Of a stretch of DNA of 64,000 bases, positions 8,760 to 20,322 are shown one piece after another. The translations under genes and the position numbers were made by a program. This DNA is from Candidatus Omnitrophota bacterium. GTDB taxonomy: Bacteria > Omnitrophota > Gorgyraeia > Zapsychrales > Fredricksoniimonadaceae. The stretch lies in contig JADFXH010000002.1 in assembly GCA_015233675.1 (NCBI GenBank), forward strand, positions 78,794-142,793, written 5' to 3'. The notes under the pieces were generated by a model. The model made no database searches, had not been told where the DNA came from, and saw only the letters and a list, made by a program, of their open reading frames with translations. How positions within the stretch are numbered: the stretch's first letter is position 1; each line of letters begins with the position of its first letter.

Positions 8760-9943
8760 TGCGTATCGCGGTCATATTAGAAAACAGGGTCCAGGCTGGC
8801 GGAGGTTTTCAGCAGGAATTCTCCACGGCTTGCCTGTTGAACAAGCATAAGGGCCAGCAAGATTTTGTTTTTTACACAACCCGAAAGGAAAACATTGCAG
8901 CATTAAAGAACGAAGGTATTTATGCGAAGCATCTCAACACTGCTTCCGTTGCCCACAAAGTTTATGCCCGTATTTTTCGCCACAGAACGATATATGAGTT
9001 ATTGGGAAAATTAAAAGTTCCGTTCGAGAGTTTTCTTATTAAGGACAAAGTTGATCTGGTTTATTTTTTATCTCCATCATGGTTAGCTTTATCATTGAAG
9101 AACCTTAACTATGTCATTACGGTTTGGGACCTGTGTCATCGTGATCACCCGGAATTCCTGGAACTCAATTTAGATGGTGAATTTGCAATTAGGGAAGACT
9201 TTGCCAGGAATGCTATTCCCAGGGCTGTGGCCGTATTGACAAGCGGGGAGAGTCTAAAGGTTGACCTTGTGAGACGGTATGGTTGTGATCCTGAAAAGAT
9301 CCATGTAGCGAAATTTTTGCCTTCTGTTTTGATCAAATCGGGGGCTTTGACAAATGTGAGGCAGAAATATTCTTTAAGCAATCCATATGTTTTTTATCCG
9401 GCCCAATTTTGGCCGCATAAAAATCATGTATATATTTTGGACGGGTTGAAAATTTTGCGGGATAAATTTAATTTGACCATTGATGCGGTCTTTTGCGGTT
9501 CTGATAAAGGCAATCTGCAATTTGTACTTAATTATGCAGGAAAGCTGGGCTTAAAAGAAAACGTTCGTTACGTTGGGTTTGTTCCTAATGAGGAAATGGC
9601 ATCTTTTTATCAACAATCTGTTGCTCTTGTTATGCCGACGTATTTTGGCCCGACTAATATTCCTCCTCTGGAGGCTTTTGCCTTGGGGTGTCCGGTTTGT
9701 TATTCCGACTTGCCGCAATTAAGAGACCAGGTAGGCAATGCGGTTTTTTTAATGGATTTGGACAATCCTGAATCTTTGGCGCAGCATATCATGACGATAT
9801 TAAATGATCCCCAAGCTGTTCGTGAGAAGACCAATTTAGGCAAGCAGGTGATATCGGGGTGGACCGATAATGATTACTATGATGTGCTTAAAGGGGTTTT
9901 TGACAAATATGCCCAAAAACTGCACTGCTGGAAAAATGATTGA
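8759..9943 (+). CDS. Glycosyltransferase, GT-B fold (family 1/4-like)
   Basis: C-terminal GT-B region YPAQFWPHKNH ... VMPTYFGPTNIPPLEAFALGCPV. TAATG overlap with the upstream gene. Confidence 0.8.
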   Translation: MRIAVILENRVQAGGGFQQEFSTACLLNKHKGQQDFVFYTTRKENIAALKNEGIYAKHLNTASVAHKVYARIFRHRTIYELLGKLKVPFESFLIKDKVDLVYFLSPSWLALSLKNLNYVITVWDLCHRDHPEFLELNLDGEFAIREDFARNAIPRAVAVLTSGESLKVDLVRRYGCDPEKIHVAKFLPSVLIKSGALTNVRQKYSLSNPYVFYPAQFWPHKNHVYILDGLKILRDKFNLTIDAVFCGSDKGNLQFVLNYAGKLGLKENVRYVGFVPNEEMASFYQQSVALVMPTYFGPTNIPPLEAFALGCPVCYSDLPQLRDQVGNAVFLMDLDNPESLAQHIMTILNDPQAVREKTNLGKQVISGWTDNDYYDVLKGVFDKYAQKLHCWKND

Positions 9944-9963
9944 TTAACAAGGATAACCGGTGT

Positions 9964-10758
9964 ATGAAGTTTTCAATTATAACCCCATCTTTTAATCAGG
10001 GGGTTTTTATTGAGCAATCCGTGGGAAGTGTTATTGCTCAGGGTTATGATGACTTTGAACATATCGTCATGGATAATTGCTCTACGGATGAAACGCCGCG
10101 TGTTTTAAAACAATACCGCTCGTTAAAGGTGACCACCCAGCCAGATAAGGGCCAGAGCGATGCGCTTAATAAAGGCTTTCGCCAGGCATCGGGAGATATT
10201 ATCGGCTGGCTTAACGCTGATGACCTGTATTTACCCGGTTGTTTTAAAACTGTGTCTGATTTCTTTACAGCCAATCCTTCCTGTGATATCGTTTATGGCC
10301 ATTATCGTTTAATAGATGAGCAGGGAAGGCTTTTGTCTTACCGAAAGGAATTGGGATTTGATCTTTTTATGCTTAAATATCTCCATATACTTTATATTCC
10401 CAGCACGACTGTGTTTTTTCGCCGTCGTATAATTGATGACGGCAATTTCTTGAATATCAATTATCATTACGCGATGGATTATGAATTCTTCTTACGTTTG
10501 GCGCTTAAAGGGTATAAGTTTTTTCACATCCCTGTATTTTTGGCGGATTTCAGAACCCACGCGGCCAGTAAAAGTCAAAAACAAACCTTGGCCCAAAAGC
10601 AGGAAATGGCACGGGCGTTATTTCAGCAGGACTTATGGCTAGGGCGCTTTCATGGCCCCTGGCGTACAGGGATGCGTTTGGGACTGATGACGGCAGCACG
10701 TTTGAAAAGGTATATATTAAAATTTGTCAGCGGGGCCTATTTTTGCGGCGGGAAATGA
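9964..10758 (+). CDS. Glycosyltransferase family 2
   Basis: FSIITPSFNQ ... MDNCSTDET ... WLNADD. ATG 9964 is preferred over the 9940 start. Confidence 0.85.
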   Translation: MKFSIITPSFNQGVFIEQSVGSVIAQGYDDFEHIVMDNCSTDETPRVLKQYRSLKVTTQPDKGQSDALNKGFRQASGDIIGWLNADDLYLPGCFKTVSDFFTANPSCDIVYGHYRLIDEQGRLLSYRKELGFDLFMLKYLHILYIPSTTVFFRRRIIDDGNFLNINYHYAMDYEFFLRLALKGYKFFHIPVFLADFRTHAASKSQKQTLAQKQEMARALFQQDLWLGRFHGPWRTGMRLGLMTAARLKRYILKFVSGAYFCGGK

Positions 10759-10788
10759 TAATATGTTAATAATGGGGCAGGGTTTTCA

Positions 10789-12336
10789 GTGGTGACTTTG
10801 ACAGAAAAAATACAGAAACAAGTTTGGAGCGCCGTAGTATTATTCCCCATAGGTGTCTTCTCTTTATTGTATATCCTTTTTAAAAGAAGTTTTGCCAAAA
10901 TTTATTTGGAGTTTTCATTCTTAAGTGTTCCTGTTTTTGTGGGTGAGATCCTTTTATTATTTTGTCTGCTTTTATTAGTCTGTTATTGCATTAAATACCG
11001 GTCTCAATTTAAACCAACCCATTTTTTTGTTTTAATTTATCCTTTATGGGTTGCCTTTAAAAGCCTGGTGGGATGCCATCACTGGGGTTCTTTAGCCTTC
11101 CGTCATGCCGCGCTTTTTTATTATCCTTTCTTTTTTATAATTGGTTTTATTTTTTTTAACCGGTATTTTTTTACAAAAAATGCTCTCTTATCGCTTATTG
11201 CCATGATTGTCGGTGTTTTTGCTTGCAGGCATTATGATTCTTATTGGACAGTTACTTTAGCATGCCTGGGATTTATCTTGATTTTAGCGCTTAAAGAAAA
11301 GAAATTAATTATTTTCACGTCTTTAATCTTGATTATTGTTATCCCGTATTATTTTTTATTTAAGACAGCGCGCATGATGTTTGTGTCCAATACGGCCTCA
11401 TTACTGATCATCATGGCAGGCCTATTGTTTTTATGGGAAACCAAATTTTATATCAAAGCGGCTGTTTTTATTTTTATATTATTAGCAGTTTCCTTTGGGT
11501 TTTATAAATTTTTTATTTTAGGGGAATCTGGCCGTATATTTTCATCGCCGGGACAAATAGTGGAAAATTTTAGGAAGATGGACAGGGATGTGCAAGAAAA
11601 GGGAAAGCTGTTTAAGATGGCCCCCTTGCAGGTCAAGCTTTTTCATCAGGACGGGAAGATTAAAAAAAAGGTACTTACAAAATGGTGCAGCCTTAATTAT
11701 GAAAGCTTTGAACAAATGCCTGCTAACAGTGTCACCTTGGATGAAACTAATATCGGAGATGATGCTTTGAGAAAATCTAGTGCCGGCCATGAAGTTTTGA
11801 GCGGATCCAATGCCAGCAATGAGGCCTCGAAGAAAATAAATGCCGAGAATGAAATTTCTAGACAAGCTAATATTTTACACATGCAGGAAGAAATTATCTC
11901 GGATGCTAATATAAATTTCCGTATATTTATCTGGCGGGATATGTTTGTAGATTGGAAGGCGCGCAAGCTGCTAATGGGAATGGATTTCGGCAAGCCATTT
12001 CGTTCGCCTTGTCTGGAAATGATGCATTGGGCTGAGACGGAATGGAGCAGAGACGGCTGGATTGAACCTCATAATTCTTATTTTAATATTCTTTATCGCG
12101 GCGGAGTCATTGGCCTCATTTTGGTCGGCTCTATATGGGGATCGCTTTTTTGGTTTATTAAACTGGCTTTTTGCCGACGCTCATGGATTTTAATTTTATT
12201 GGCCGCGATTTTGCTGAACTGGATGGTAGCGGCGAATTTTCTTTTGATACTTGAGTTGCCTTATACAGCCATTCCTTTTTGGTCTTTGGCGGGAATGGCT
12301 TTTGCTTATGCTTATGAGAATATTAGAGTTTTATGA
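10789..12336 (+). CDS. O-antigen polymerase/ligase-like membrane protein (Wzy_C-type)
   Basis: At least 10 hydrophobic helices, a large hydrophilic loop (about aa 240-390), then EPHNSYFNILYRGGVIGL, which is typical of the O-antigen ligase/polymerase domain. Confidence 0.6.
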   Translation: MVTLTEKIQKQVWSAVVLFPIGVFSLLYILFKRSFAKIYLEFSFLSVPVFVGEILLLFCLLLLVCYCIKYRSQFKPTHFFVLIYPLWVAFKSLVGCHHWGSLAFRHAALFYYPFFFIIGFIFFNRYFFTKNALLSLIAMIVGVFACRHYDSYWTVTLACLGFILILALKEKKLIIFTSLILIIVIPYYFLFKTARMMFVSNTASLLIIMAGLLFLWETKFYIKAAVFIFILLAVSFGFYKFFILGESGRIFSSPGQIVENFRKMDRDVQEKGKLFKMAPLQVKLFHQDGKIKKKVLTKWCSLNYESFEQMPANSVTLDETNIGDDALRKSSAGHEVLSGSNASNEASKKINAENEISRQANILHMQEEIISDANINFRIFIWRDMFVDWKARKLLMGMDFGKPFRSPCLEMMHWAETEWSRDGWIEPHNSYFNILYRGGVIGLILVGSIWGSLFWFIKLAFCRRSWILILLAAILLNWMVAANFLLILELPYTAIPFWSLAGMAFAYAYENIRVL

Positions 12337-12344
12337 AATGAGAT

Positions 12345-13505
12345 ATGCAGGAGCCTTCTAAAAAGATTAAAATTTTAATTTGCGGGATATTGCCGCCGCC
12401 TTATTTCGGCCATAGCATGCTTTACAAGATGCTGATGGCTTCGTCGTTTCCCAACGCGTTTGAAACTAAATTCTTAAATATGCAGTTTTGGACCTATGGC
12501 ACGCATAAAAAAGTGACCATTGAAAAACTTTTTAAGATGGCCAAATATTACATTATTTTTATCGGGATTTTGGTTTTTTGGCGGCCTAAATATTTTCTTT
12601 ATAACAGCAGCTTTTATCGGATGCCATATTTAAAAGATTTTTTATTCTGTTCAACGGGGATTTTTTTGGGATGTAAGCTTGTGATTCATGATCATGGGCA
12701 GTATGTCAGAGAACTTGATGAGTCCTTAACAGGTTTTAGTAAAGCATCCTTGCGCTGGATGCTTAAGAATATGGCGGGCAGTATCATCATGGGTGAAAAG
12801 GTGCGTCAGGATTACGAGGGGTTGGCAGACCAGGCAAAACTCATGGTAGTACCCGGAACGGTAGAAGACACAAAAGAAATCATGATCGATTCTCCTAAAA
12901 TTCCTGGGGTAATCAATGTTTTGTGTTTTTCACATATGAGCCGTTTAAAAGGAGTGTACACGGCATTCGAGGCGATACCAATTATTCTTACAGGGCGTGC
13001 GGACATTATTGTGACTTTTGGCGGGCCCTTTGAGGATCAAGAAGTCAAAAGTTGCCTGGAAGAGTTGCAGAAGAATTATCCCGGACGCATCCGTTATGGA
13101 GGGTATGTGGAGGATGTGGTTGAACGAACAAGGATTTTTAGGGAGGCTGATATTTTTATTTTTCCGACATTCAGGGACGTTTTTGGGCTTGTTCTTTTGC
13201 ACGCTATGGCTGAGGGATTAGCAATTGTAGCTTCTCGTGAAGGGACGATACCTGAAATTATTCAGGATGGTACGAATGCTTTGCTTGTTGAGAAAGGGGA
13301 CGCAAAGGCCTTGGCTGACAAGGTCCTTTTATTGGCAGGCGACCACCATTTACGCAAACTGATGGGCCAAGCTAACCGCCGCAGGTTCGAAGAGATGTAC
13401 ACTCTAGAAAAGTACGGCGATGCTATGATTAATGCTTTCAAACAGATAGATGCTCTTGATGGCGATGTTGATTCAATAAATTTATCCCACACCTTCCTTT
13501 TCTGA
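12345..13505 (+). CDS. Glycosyltransferase family 4 (GT-B)
   Basis: FPTFRDVFGLVLLHAMAEGLAIVASREGTIPEIIQDGTNALLV (EX7E-type motif). Confidence 0.85.
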   Translation: MQEPSKKIKILICGILPPPYFGHSMLYKMLMASSFPNAFETKFLNMQFWTYGTHKKVTIEKLFKMAKYYIIFIGILVFWRPKYFLYNSSFYRMPYLKDFLFCSTGIFLGCKLVIHDHGQYVRELDESLTGFSKASLRWMLKNMAGSIIMGEKVRQDYEGLADQAKLMVVPGTVEDTKEIMIDSPKIPGVINVLCFSHMSRLKGVYTAFEAIPIILTGRADIIVTFGGPFEDQEVKSCLEELQKNYPGRIRYGGYVEDVVERTRIFREADIFIFPTFRDVFGLVLLHAMAEGLAIVASREGTIPEIIQDGTNALLVEKGDAKALADKVLLLAGDHHLRKLMGQANRRRFEEMYTLEKYGDAMINAFKQIDALDGDVDSINLSHTFLF

Positions 13506-13528
13506 TATATAATATTTCTTTTTGAATT

Positions 13529-14281
13529 ATGCTGAAAACCATTTCCCTATTAGGTGTTAATGTCAGTCGGGTCGATCTTGCCTTAGCTGCTCGACAAATT
13601 TTCGAATGGGTTAAGCAGAAAGAGCGAACCTATGTTTGTGTGGCTCCGGTGGCAACCTTGGTGGATGCACAGCGTGATCCTGAATACTTGGGCGCAGTCA
13701 ATGACGCGGGCATGGTGACACCAGATGGTATGCCGATTGTCTGGCTGGCGAGGTCCCGTGGTTGCGCTGATATCGCGCGTACTTATGGCCCGGATTTAAT
13801 GCTGGAGGTTTGTAATCACGGGCAGGATTTAGGGTTAAGACACTTTTTTTATGGGGGCACTGAGGATACTTTGCGGAAGTTAAAGCAAAAACTCCTTGAG
13901 TCTTATCCGCGGATGATGGTCGCGGGCAGTTACGCGCCGCCGTTTAAACCAGGAGTGTGGCAGGAAGAAAGAGAAGTCATTGACCACATTAATGGCGCTG
14001 CCGCTGACATTGTCTGGGTTGGGTTGGGATCACCAAAGCAGGACTTTTGGATGCATTTGCACAGATCCTTGTTGAATGCCCCTGTTATCGTTGGGGCGGG
14101 TGCAGCTTTTGATTTTTGTTCGGGAGTAAAACCTCAAGCCCCTCGATGGATGCAGGCCTGTGCATTAGAGTGGTTTTTTCGTCTTTGTTGTGAACCTGGG
14201 CGTTTATGGAAACGTTACCTGATCGGTAACAGCTTGTTTTTAATTTATTTGATCAAAGATTTGTTTAAAAAATCGCATTAG
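13529..14281 (+). CDS. WecB/TagA/CpsF family glycosyltransferase (GT26)
   Basis: LLGVNVSRV, VTPDGMPIVW, FFYGG, VGLGSPKQDFWM, GAGAAFDF. Confidence 0.85.
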   Translation: MLKTISLLGVNVSRVDLALAARQIFEWVKQKERTYVCVAPVATLVDAQRDPEYLGAVNDAGMVTPDGMPIVWLARSRGCADIARTYGPDLMLEVCNHGQDLGLRHFFYGGTEDTLRKLKQKLLESYPRMMVAGSYAPPFKPGVWQEEREVIDHINGAAADIVWVGLGSPKQDFWMHLHRSLLNAPVIVGAGAAFDFCSGVKPQAPRWMQACALEWFFRLCCEPGRLWKRYLIGNSLFLIYLIKDLFKKSH

Positions 14282-14284
14282 TCT

Positions 14285-15700
14285 ATGAAATTACGGATTC
14301 AACCCATTTTTATTATCAGTATATATGCTGCCATTGACGTGGCTTGTATCGTTTCGGCATTTTATCTGGTATTGCTGTTAAGGCCCCAAACGGTGTCTTT
14401 TAAGGTTTCATTTCAATCTTTTTTTTCTGAAAATGACCCTTTTAAGCTGCTGTTCATGGTTTGGACTCTTTTGATCTTATTTTTTCACTATACTCACGGA
14501 CTTTACCAGACTCGTCGTGAACAGCTGGAGAGCCTGGAAATTTGGGAAGTTGTCAAATCGATCTGTGTTTCAACCTTTATCATCATTGTTATAGCTTTTT
14601 TATTGAGGACCCGGGATTTTCCCCGCAGCGTTATGCTTCTTAACGCTTTCGTGATTACGGCATTTTGTTCCATTTGGAGGGTGTTAAAGAAATTATTGGT
14701 CAATTATTTAGTTTCCAACGGCTATAATAATTTTAATACTTTGATCATCGGTGCCGGTAAAATCGGCATGTCGTTAGCCGGCGAAATTAACAGGCAGCCG
14801 GCCTTGGGGTTGAAGATTAAAGGATTCCTGGATGATCATAAAGCTGGAAATTGCGAGAAATGGCCTGTTTTGGGCAAACTGGCCTCTCTTCAAGAAATCA
14901 TCCATCGGGAATTTATCCAGAAGATTTTCATCACGATTTATCCTGACCACCAGTCTTTTATTAAATTGTTGGAAATAGCGAGGGAAGAGGGTTTGGCGGT
15001 GAGGGTCGTGCCGCAGGGTTATGAGTTTATGTCCCACGATTTTATTAAATTCAATATCGGGATCATCCCTATTCTGGAATATTCTGATATTGATATCAAT
15101 TATCGTCAAAAGCTCAAGCGTGTATTTGATTTTATTTTATCATTATTTTTGTTGATTCTATTACTGCCGGTTTTTGTTGTGTTGGGCTTGCTCATCAAAT
15201 TCGACAGTCCCGGGCCTGTCTTTTATCGGTCCCATCGTTATGGCCGTTATGGCCGGATGTTTAACATGTATAAGTTCCGTAGTATGGTCGTTGATGCTGA
15301 CGACCTGTTATTCCGGCTTAAGGACAAGAATGAAGTGGATGGCCCTATTTTTAAAATCAAAAAAGACCCTCGCATCACCGGGATGGGGACATTTTTGCGC
15401 CGTTATAGTCTTGATGAATTGCCGCAAATATTGAATGTGCTCAAAGGGGAAATGAGTTTGGTGGGCCCCAGGCCATTTCCTATCACCCAATTGGAGAAGG
15501 AAGACCTGCGCCAGTTAAAGCGTCTGGGCATTCGTCCGGGCATCACAGGTCTCTGGCAGATCAGAGGGCGCAGTGATGTGTCTTTTGAAAAGTTATTGCG
15601 TTGGGATATTTGGTATATCAAGAACTGGTCTTTTTGGCTTGATATGTATATTTTATACCAAACTTTTCCTGTCGTCGTCAGAGGTAAAGGAGCTTATTAA
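14285..15700 (+). CDS. Polyprenyl-phosphate glycosylphosphotransferase (WbaP/EpsB-type priming sugar transferase)
   Basis: N-terminal TM helices plus a Rossmann-like linker. C-terminal bacterial sugar transferase domain: [59 protein letters not shown]. Confidence 0.9.
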   Translation: MKLRIQPIFIISIYAAIDVACIVSAFYLVLLLRPQTVSFKVSFQSFFSENDPFKLLFMVWTLLILFFHYTHGLYQTRREQLESLEIWEVVKSICVSTFIIIVIAFLLRTRDFPRSVMLLNAFVITAFCSIWRVLKKLLVNYLVSNGYNNFNTLIIGAGKIGMSLAGEINRQPALGLKIKGFLDDHKAGNCEKWPVLGKLASLQEIIHREFIQKIFITIYPDHQSFIKLLEIAREEGLAVRVVPQGYEFMSHDFIKFNIGIIPILEYSDIDINYRQKLKRVFDFILSLFLLILLLPVFVVLGLLIKFDSPGPVFYRSHRYGRYGRMFNMYKFRSMVVDADDLLFRLKDKNEVDGPIFKIKKDPRITGMGTFLRRYSLDELPQILNVLKGEMSLVGPRPFPITQLEKEDLRQLKRLGIRPGITGLWQIRGRSDVSFEKLLRWDIWYIKNWSFWLDMYILYQTFPVVVRGKGAY

Positions 15701-15701
15701 T

Positions 15702-17823
<2,122 letters not shown>

Positions 17824-17850
17824 CATGAATACGCGAATGGAAAGCGCAAA

Positions 17851-17878
17851 TTGACAAAACAGCACTCTTCGCTATAAT
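17851..17878 (+). promoter_or_regulatory. Sigma-70-like promoter for pgk-tpiA-secG
   Basis: TTGACA (17851-17856), a 16-nt spacer, then TATAAT (17873-17878). It lies 77 nt upstream of the pgk ATG. Both hexamers match consensus. Confidence 0.5.
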
Positions 17879-17954
17879 ACAGCGGACTTCTTTGAGTATA
17901 TGGGATGAGGATTGACTTATACATAAATATACAAGAATGAATAGGAGTTAGTAT

Positions 17955-19139
17955 ATGCAGAAAATGACCGTGCAGGATATTGATATTAAGGGTAAAAAGG
18001 TAATTATCCGCTTGGATTTTAACGTCCCTTTGGACGAATCCTTCCATATTACGGATGAGCGCCGCATTACGTCAGCCTTACCTACGATCCGATATGCTTT
18101 AAGTAATGGCGCTTCAAAGGTCATTCTCATGAGCCATTTAGGCCGCCCCAAGGGAACCGGATTTGAGAAGGACTTTTCGCTCTTGCCCGTGGCCAACCGC
18201 TTGCAGGAATTGTTAAAAGAAAAAGTTTTGTTTTTAAATGACTGCGTAGGACCGGCCGTTAGAGAGGCAATTGCAAAATCAAGCGAGCGTGTGGTCCTGC
18301 TGGAGAATTTACGTTTTCATAAAGAGGAAGAAAAGAATGACCCTGCTTTTGCGAAAGAATTAGCATCCCTGGCAGATGTTTATATTAATGATGCTTTTGG
18401 CACCGCGCATCGCGCCCACGCCTCAACCGCGGGGATAACGGCATATTTGCCGTCGGTGGCAGGATTTTTAATAGAAAAAGAACTGTTATATTTAGGCAAT
18501 GCCATCAATAATCCCAAACGTCCTTTGGTGATCATTTTAGGCGGGGCCAAGGTTTCAGATAAGATTGAATTGATCAAAAACTTGATCCCCAAAGCCAACA
18601 GTATCATCATTGGCGGAGGGATGGCCTATACTTTTTTAAAAGCACAGGGGATCAATGTCGGCAATTCTAAATTAGAAAAAGATAAAGTTGATATGGCCCG
18701 TGACTTGATGGAACAAGCCAAAAAAGCAGGGGTTGAGTTTGCCTTGACGTCAGATTTCGTCATTACTCAAGACTTTACCAGTGATGATTGCAAAATTTCG
18801 GATGTGATCCCTGACGGCTGGCAAAGTCTGGATATCGGACCCCGGACTATCAAGCGTTATGAAGAGATCCTTTCCAAGGCCAAAACCGTTGTGTGGAACG
18901 GACCCTTAGGAGTTTTTGAGCGCGATGCTTATGCCAAGGGGACCCGTGCTATTGCTGATTACCTGGCCTCTTTAAAAGATGTGACGGTAATTATCGGCGG
19001 AGGGGACTCTGCGGCAGCGGTAGCTAAATTCGGCCTGGAAGATAAAATGACGCATATCTCTACCGGCGGCGGGGCATCATTGGAATTCTTAGAAGGCAAA
19101 GAATTGCCGGGCATTGCGGCATTAAACGATAAAAAATAG
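17955..19139 (+). CDS. pgk: Phosphoglycerate kinase
   Basis: [31 protein letters not shown]. Full-length at 394 aa. Confidence 0.95.
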   Translation: MQKMTVQDIDIKGKKVIIRLDFNVPLDESFHITDERRITSALPTIRYALSNGASKVILMSHLGRPKGTGFEKDFSLLPVANRLQELLKEKVLFLNDCVGPAVREAIAKSSERVVLLENLRFHKEEEKNDPAFAKELASLADVYINDAFGTAHRAHASTAGITAYLPSVAGFLIEKELLYLGNAINNPKRPLVIILGGAKVSDKIELIKNLIPKANSIIIGGGMAYTFLKAQGINVGNSKLEKDKVDMARDLMEQAKKAGVEFALTSDFVITQDFTSDDCKISDVIPDGWQSLDIGPRTIKRYEEILSKAKTVVWNGPLGVFERDAYAKGTRAIADYLASLKDVTVIIGGGDSAAAVAKFGLEDKMTHISTGGGASLEFLEGKELPGIAALNDKK

Positions 19140-19148
19140 GGGAGTTAA

Positions 19149-19913
19149 ATGCGAAAACCGATCATAGCAGGTAATTGGAAGTTAAATAAAACTCCGCATG
19201 AGGCCATTTTGCTGGTCGATGAATTAAAGCGTGAGCTTGTTGATGTTATAGGGGTGGATGTGGTGCTCTGCCCGCCTTTTGTGGACTTAACGGATGTGTC
19301 AGATGCCCTGGTCGATCATGATATTGCATTGGGCGCGCAGAATGTGTTTTGGGAAGATTCCGGCGCTTTTACCGGAGAAATATCTGCGCCAATGCTCAAA
19401 GATCTAGGTGTGGCCTATGTGATTATTGGTCACTCTGAGCGCCGTCAGTATTTTCATGAGACGAACGAGACTGTTAACAAGCGCCTTCGTGCGGCTTTAA
19501 AACATGGGATCACCCCCATCGTTTGTGTGGGTGAGAATTTGGCCCAGCGAGAATCTAATAAAACATTCGATATTATCAAGGATCATTGCGAGGGTTCTTT
19601 AATTGGTTTGTCGGTTGAAGAAATGAAAAAAGTGGTTTTGGCTTATGAGCCTGTTTGGGCAATAGGAACGGGAAAGACTGCAACTCCTGCTCAGGCCCAG
19701 GAAGTACATATATTTATCCGTCAGTTATTAGGGAAGATGTTTAACGGAGAAACAGCCGGCAGTGTGCGTATTCAATACGGCGGCAGCGTTACGCCGGACA
19801 ATATCGTTTCTTTAATGGCTCAGGCAGATATCGATGGGGCATTGGTGGGTGGGGCGAGTTTAAAAGCGCCTTCCTTCGCAGCCATCGTTAAAGGCGCTAA
19901 AAAAGGAGTTTAA
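19149..19913 (+). CDS. tpiA: Triosephosphate isomerase
   Basis: AGNWKLN, IIGHSERR, AYEPVWAIGTG, YGGSV. Confidence 0.95.
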   Translation: MRKPIIAGNWKLNKTPHEAILLVDELKRELVDVIGVDVVLCPPFVDLTDVSDALVDHDIALGAQNVFWEDSGAFTGEISAPMLKDLGVAYVIIGHSERRQYFHETNETVNKRLRAALKHGITPIVCVGENLAQRESNKTFDIIKDHCEGSLIGLSVEEMKKVVLAYEPVWAIGTGKTATPAQAQEVHIFIRQLLGKMFNGETAGSVRIQYGGSVTPDNIVSLMAQADIDGALVGGASLKAPSFAAIVKGAKKGV

Positions 19914-19917
19914 TTTC

Positions 19918-20322
19918 ATGGGGTTTATTCTTGTTATTCACGTTATAGTTTGTATTCTCTTGGTGATTGCTATTTTAATGCAGGCAGGCCGCGGCGGCGG
20001 CTTGACCGAGACATTTCAATCCGCGGAGTCCATGTTCGGGACGCAGACCAATGTGTTTATGGTCCGTTTCACGACGATATTGGCAGTGATTTTTCTGTCA
20101 ACTTCATTGATTTTAGCGTTTAATTCTTCTAAAGTTGATAAGTCTTTGATGGCCAATAAAAAACTTTTATCTACGGTTCCAAAACAGGCAGCCGTTCCCA
20201 AAGCAACTGATGAGGGCGACGTTCAAATTAAGGTTGAGTCCCCCAAGCCAATGACGCCGGCAGAAACAGCCATCCCAAGCAAAAATGTTCCGGTTAGCCC
20301 CGTGACGAATGCCAAGAAATAA
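19918..20322 (+). CDS. secG: Preprotein translocase subunit SecG (with a Pro/Lys-rich C-terminal extension)
   Basis: Two-TM SecG core: VIHVIVCILLVIAILMQAGRGGGL ... FMVRFTTILAVIFLSTSLILAF. It sits in the conserved pgk-tpiA-secG position. Confidence 0.85.
   Translation: MGFILVIHVIVCILLVIAILMQAGRGGGLTETFQSAESMFGTQTNVFMVRFTTILAVIFLSTSLILAFNSSKVDKSLMANKKLLSTVPKQAAVPKATDEGDVQIKVESPKPMTPAETAIPSKNVPVSPVTNAKK

Noticed and set aside
11662-11669. A8 tract in the Wzy-like gene (also T8 tracts at 2815-2822 and 11150-11157) as phase-variation switches
   Set aside because: Homopolymer runs of 7-8 A/T are frequent throughout this AT-leaning sequence, including in housekeeping genes. There is no evidence of length variation from a single sequence.
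15573-15701. Upstream-extended start codons in the ORF track (gmd 15573, ATPase 24544, DHOD-like 45526, hoxU 49937, methyltransferase 7968, cbiM 62263)
   Set aside because: In each case a downstream start reproduces the canonical family N-terminus, for example [14 protein letters not shown] and MHIPDG. It also removes a long overlap with the upstream gene.
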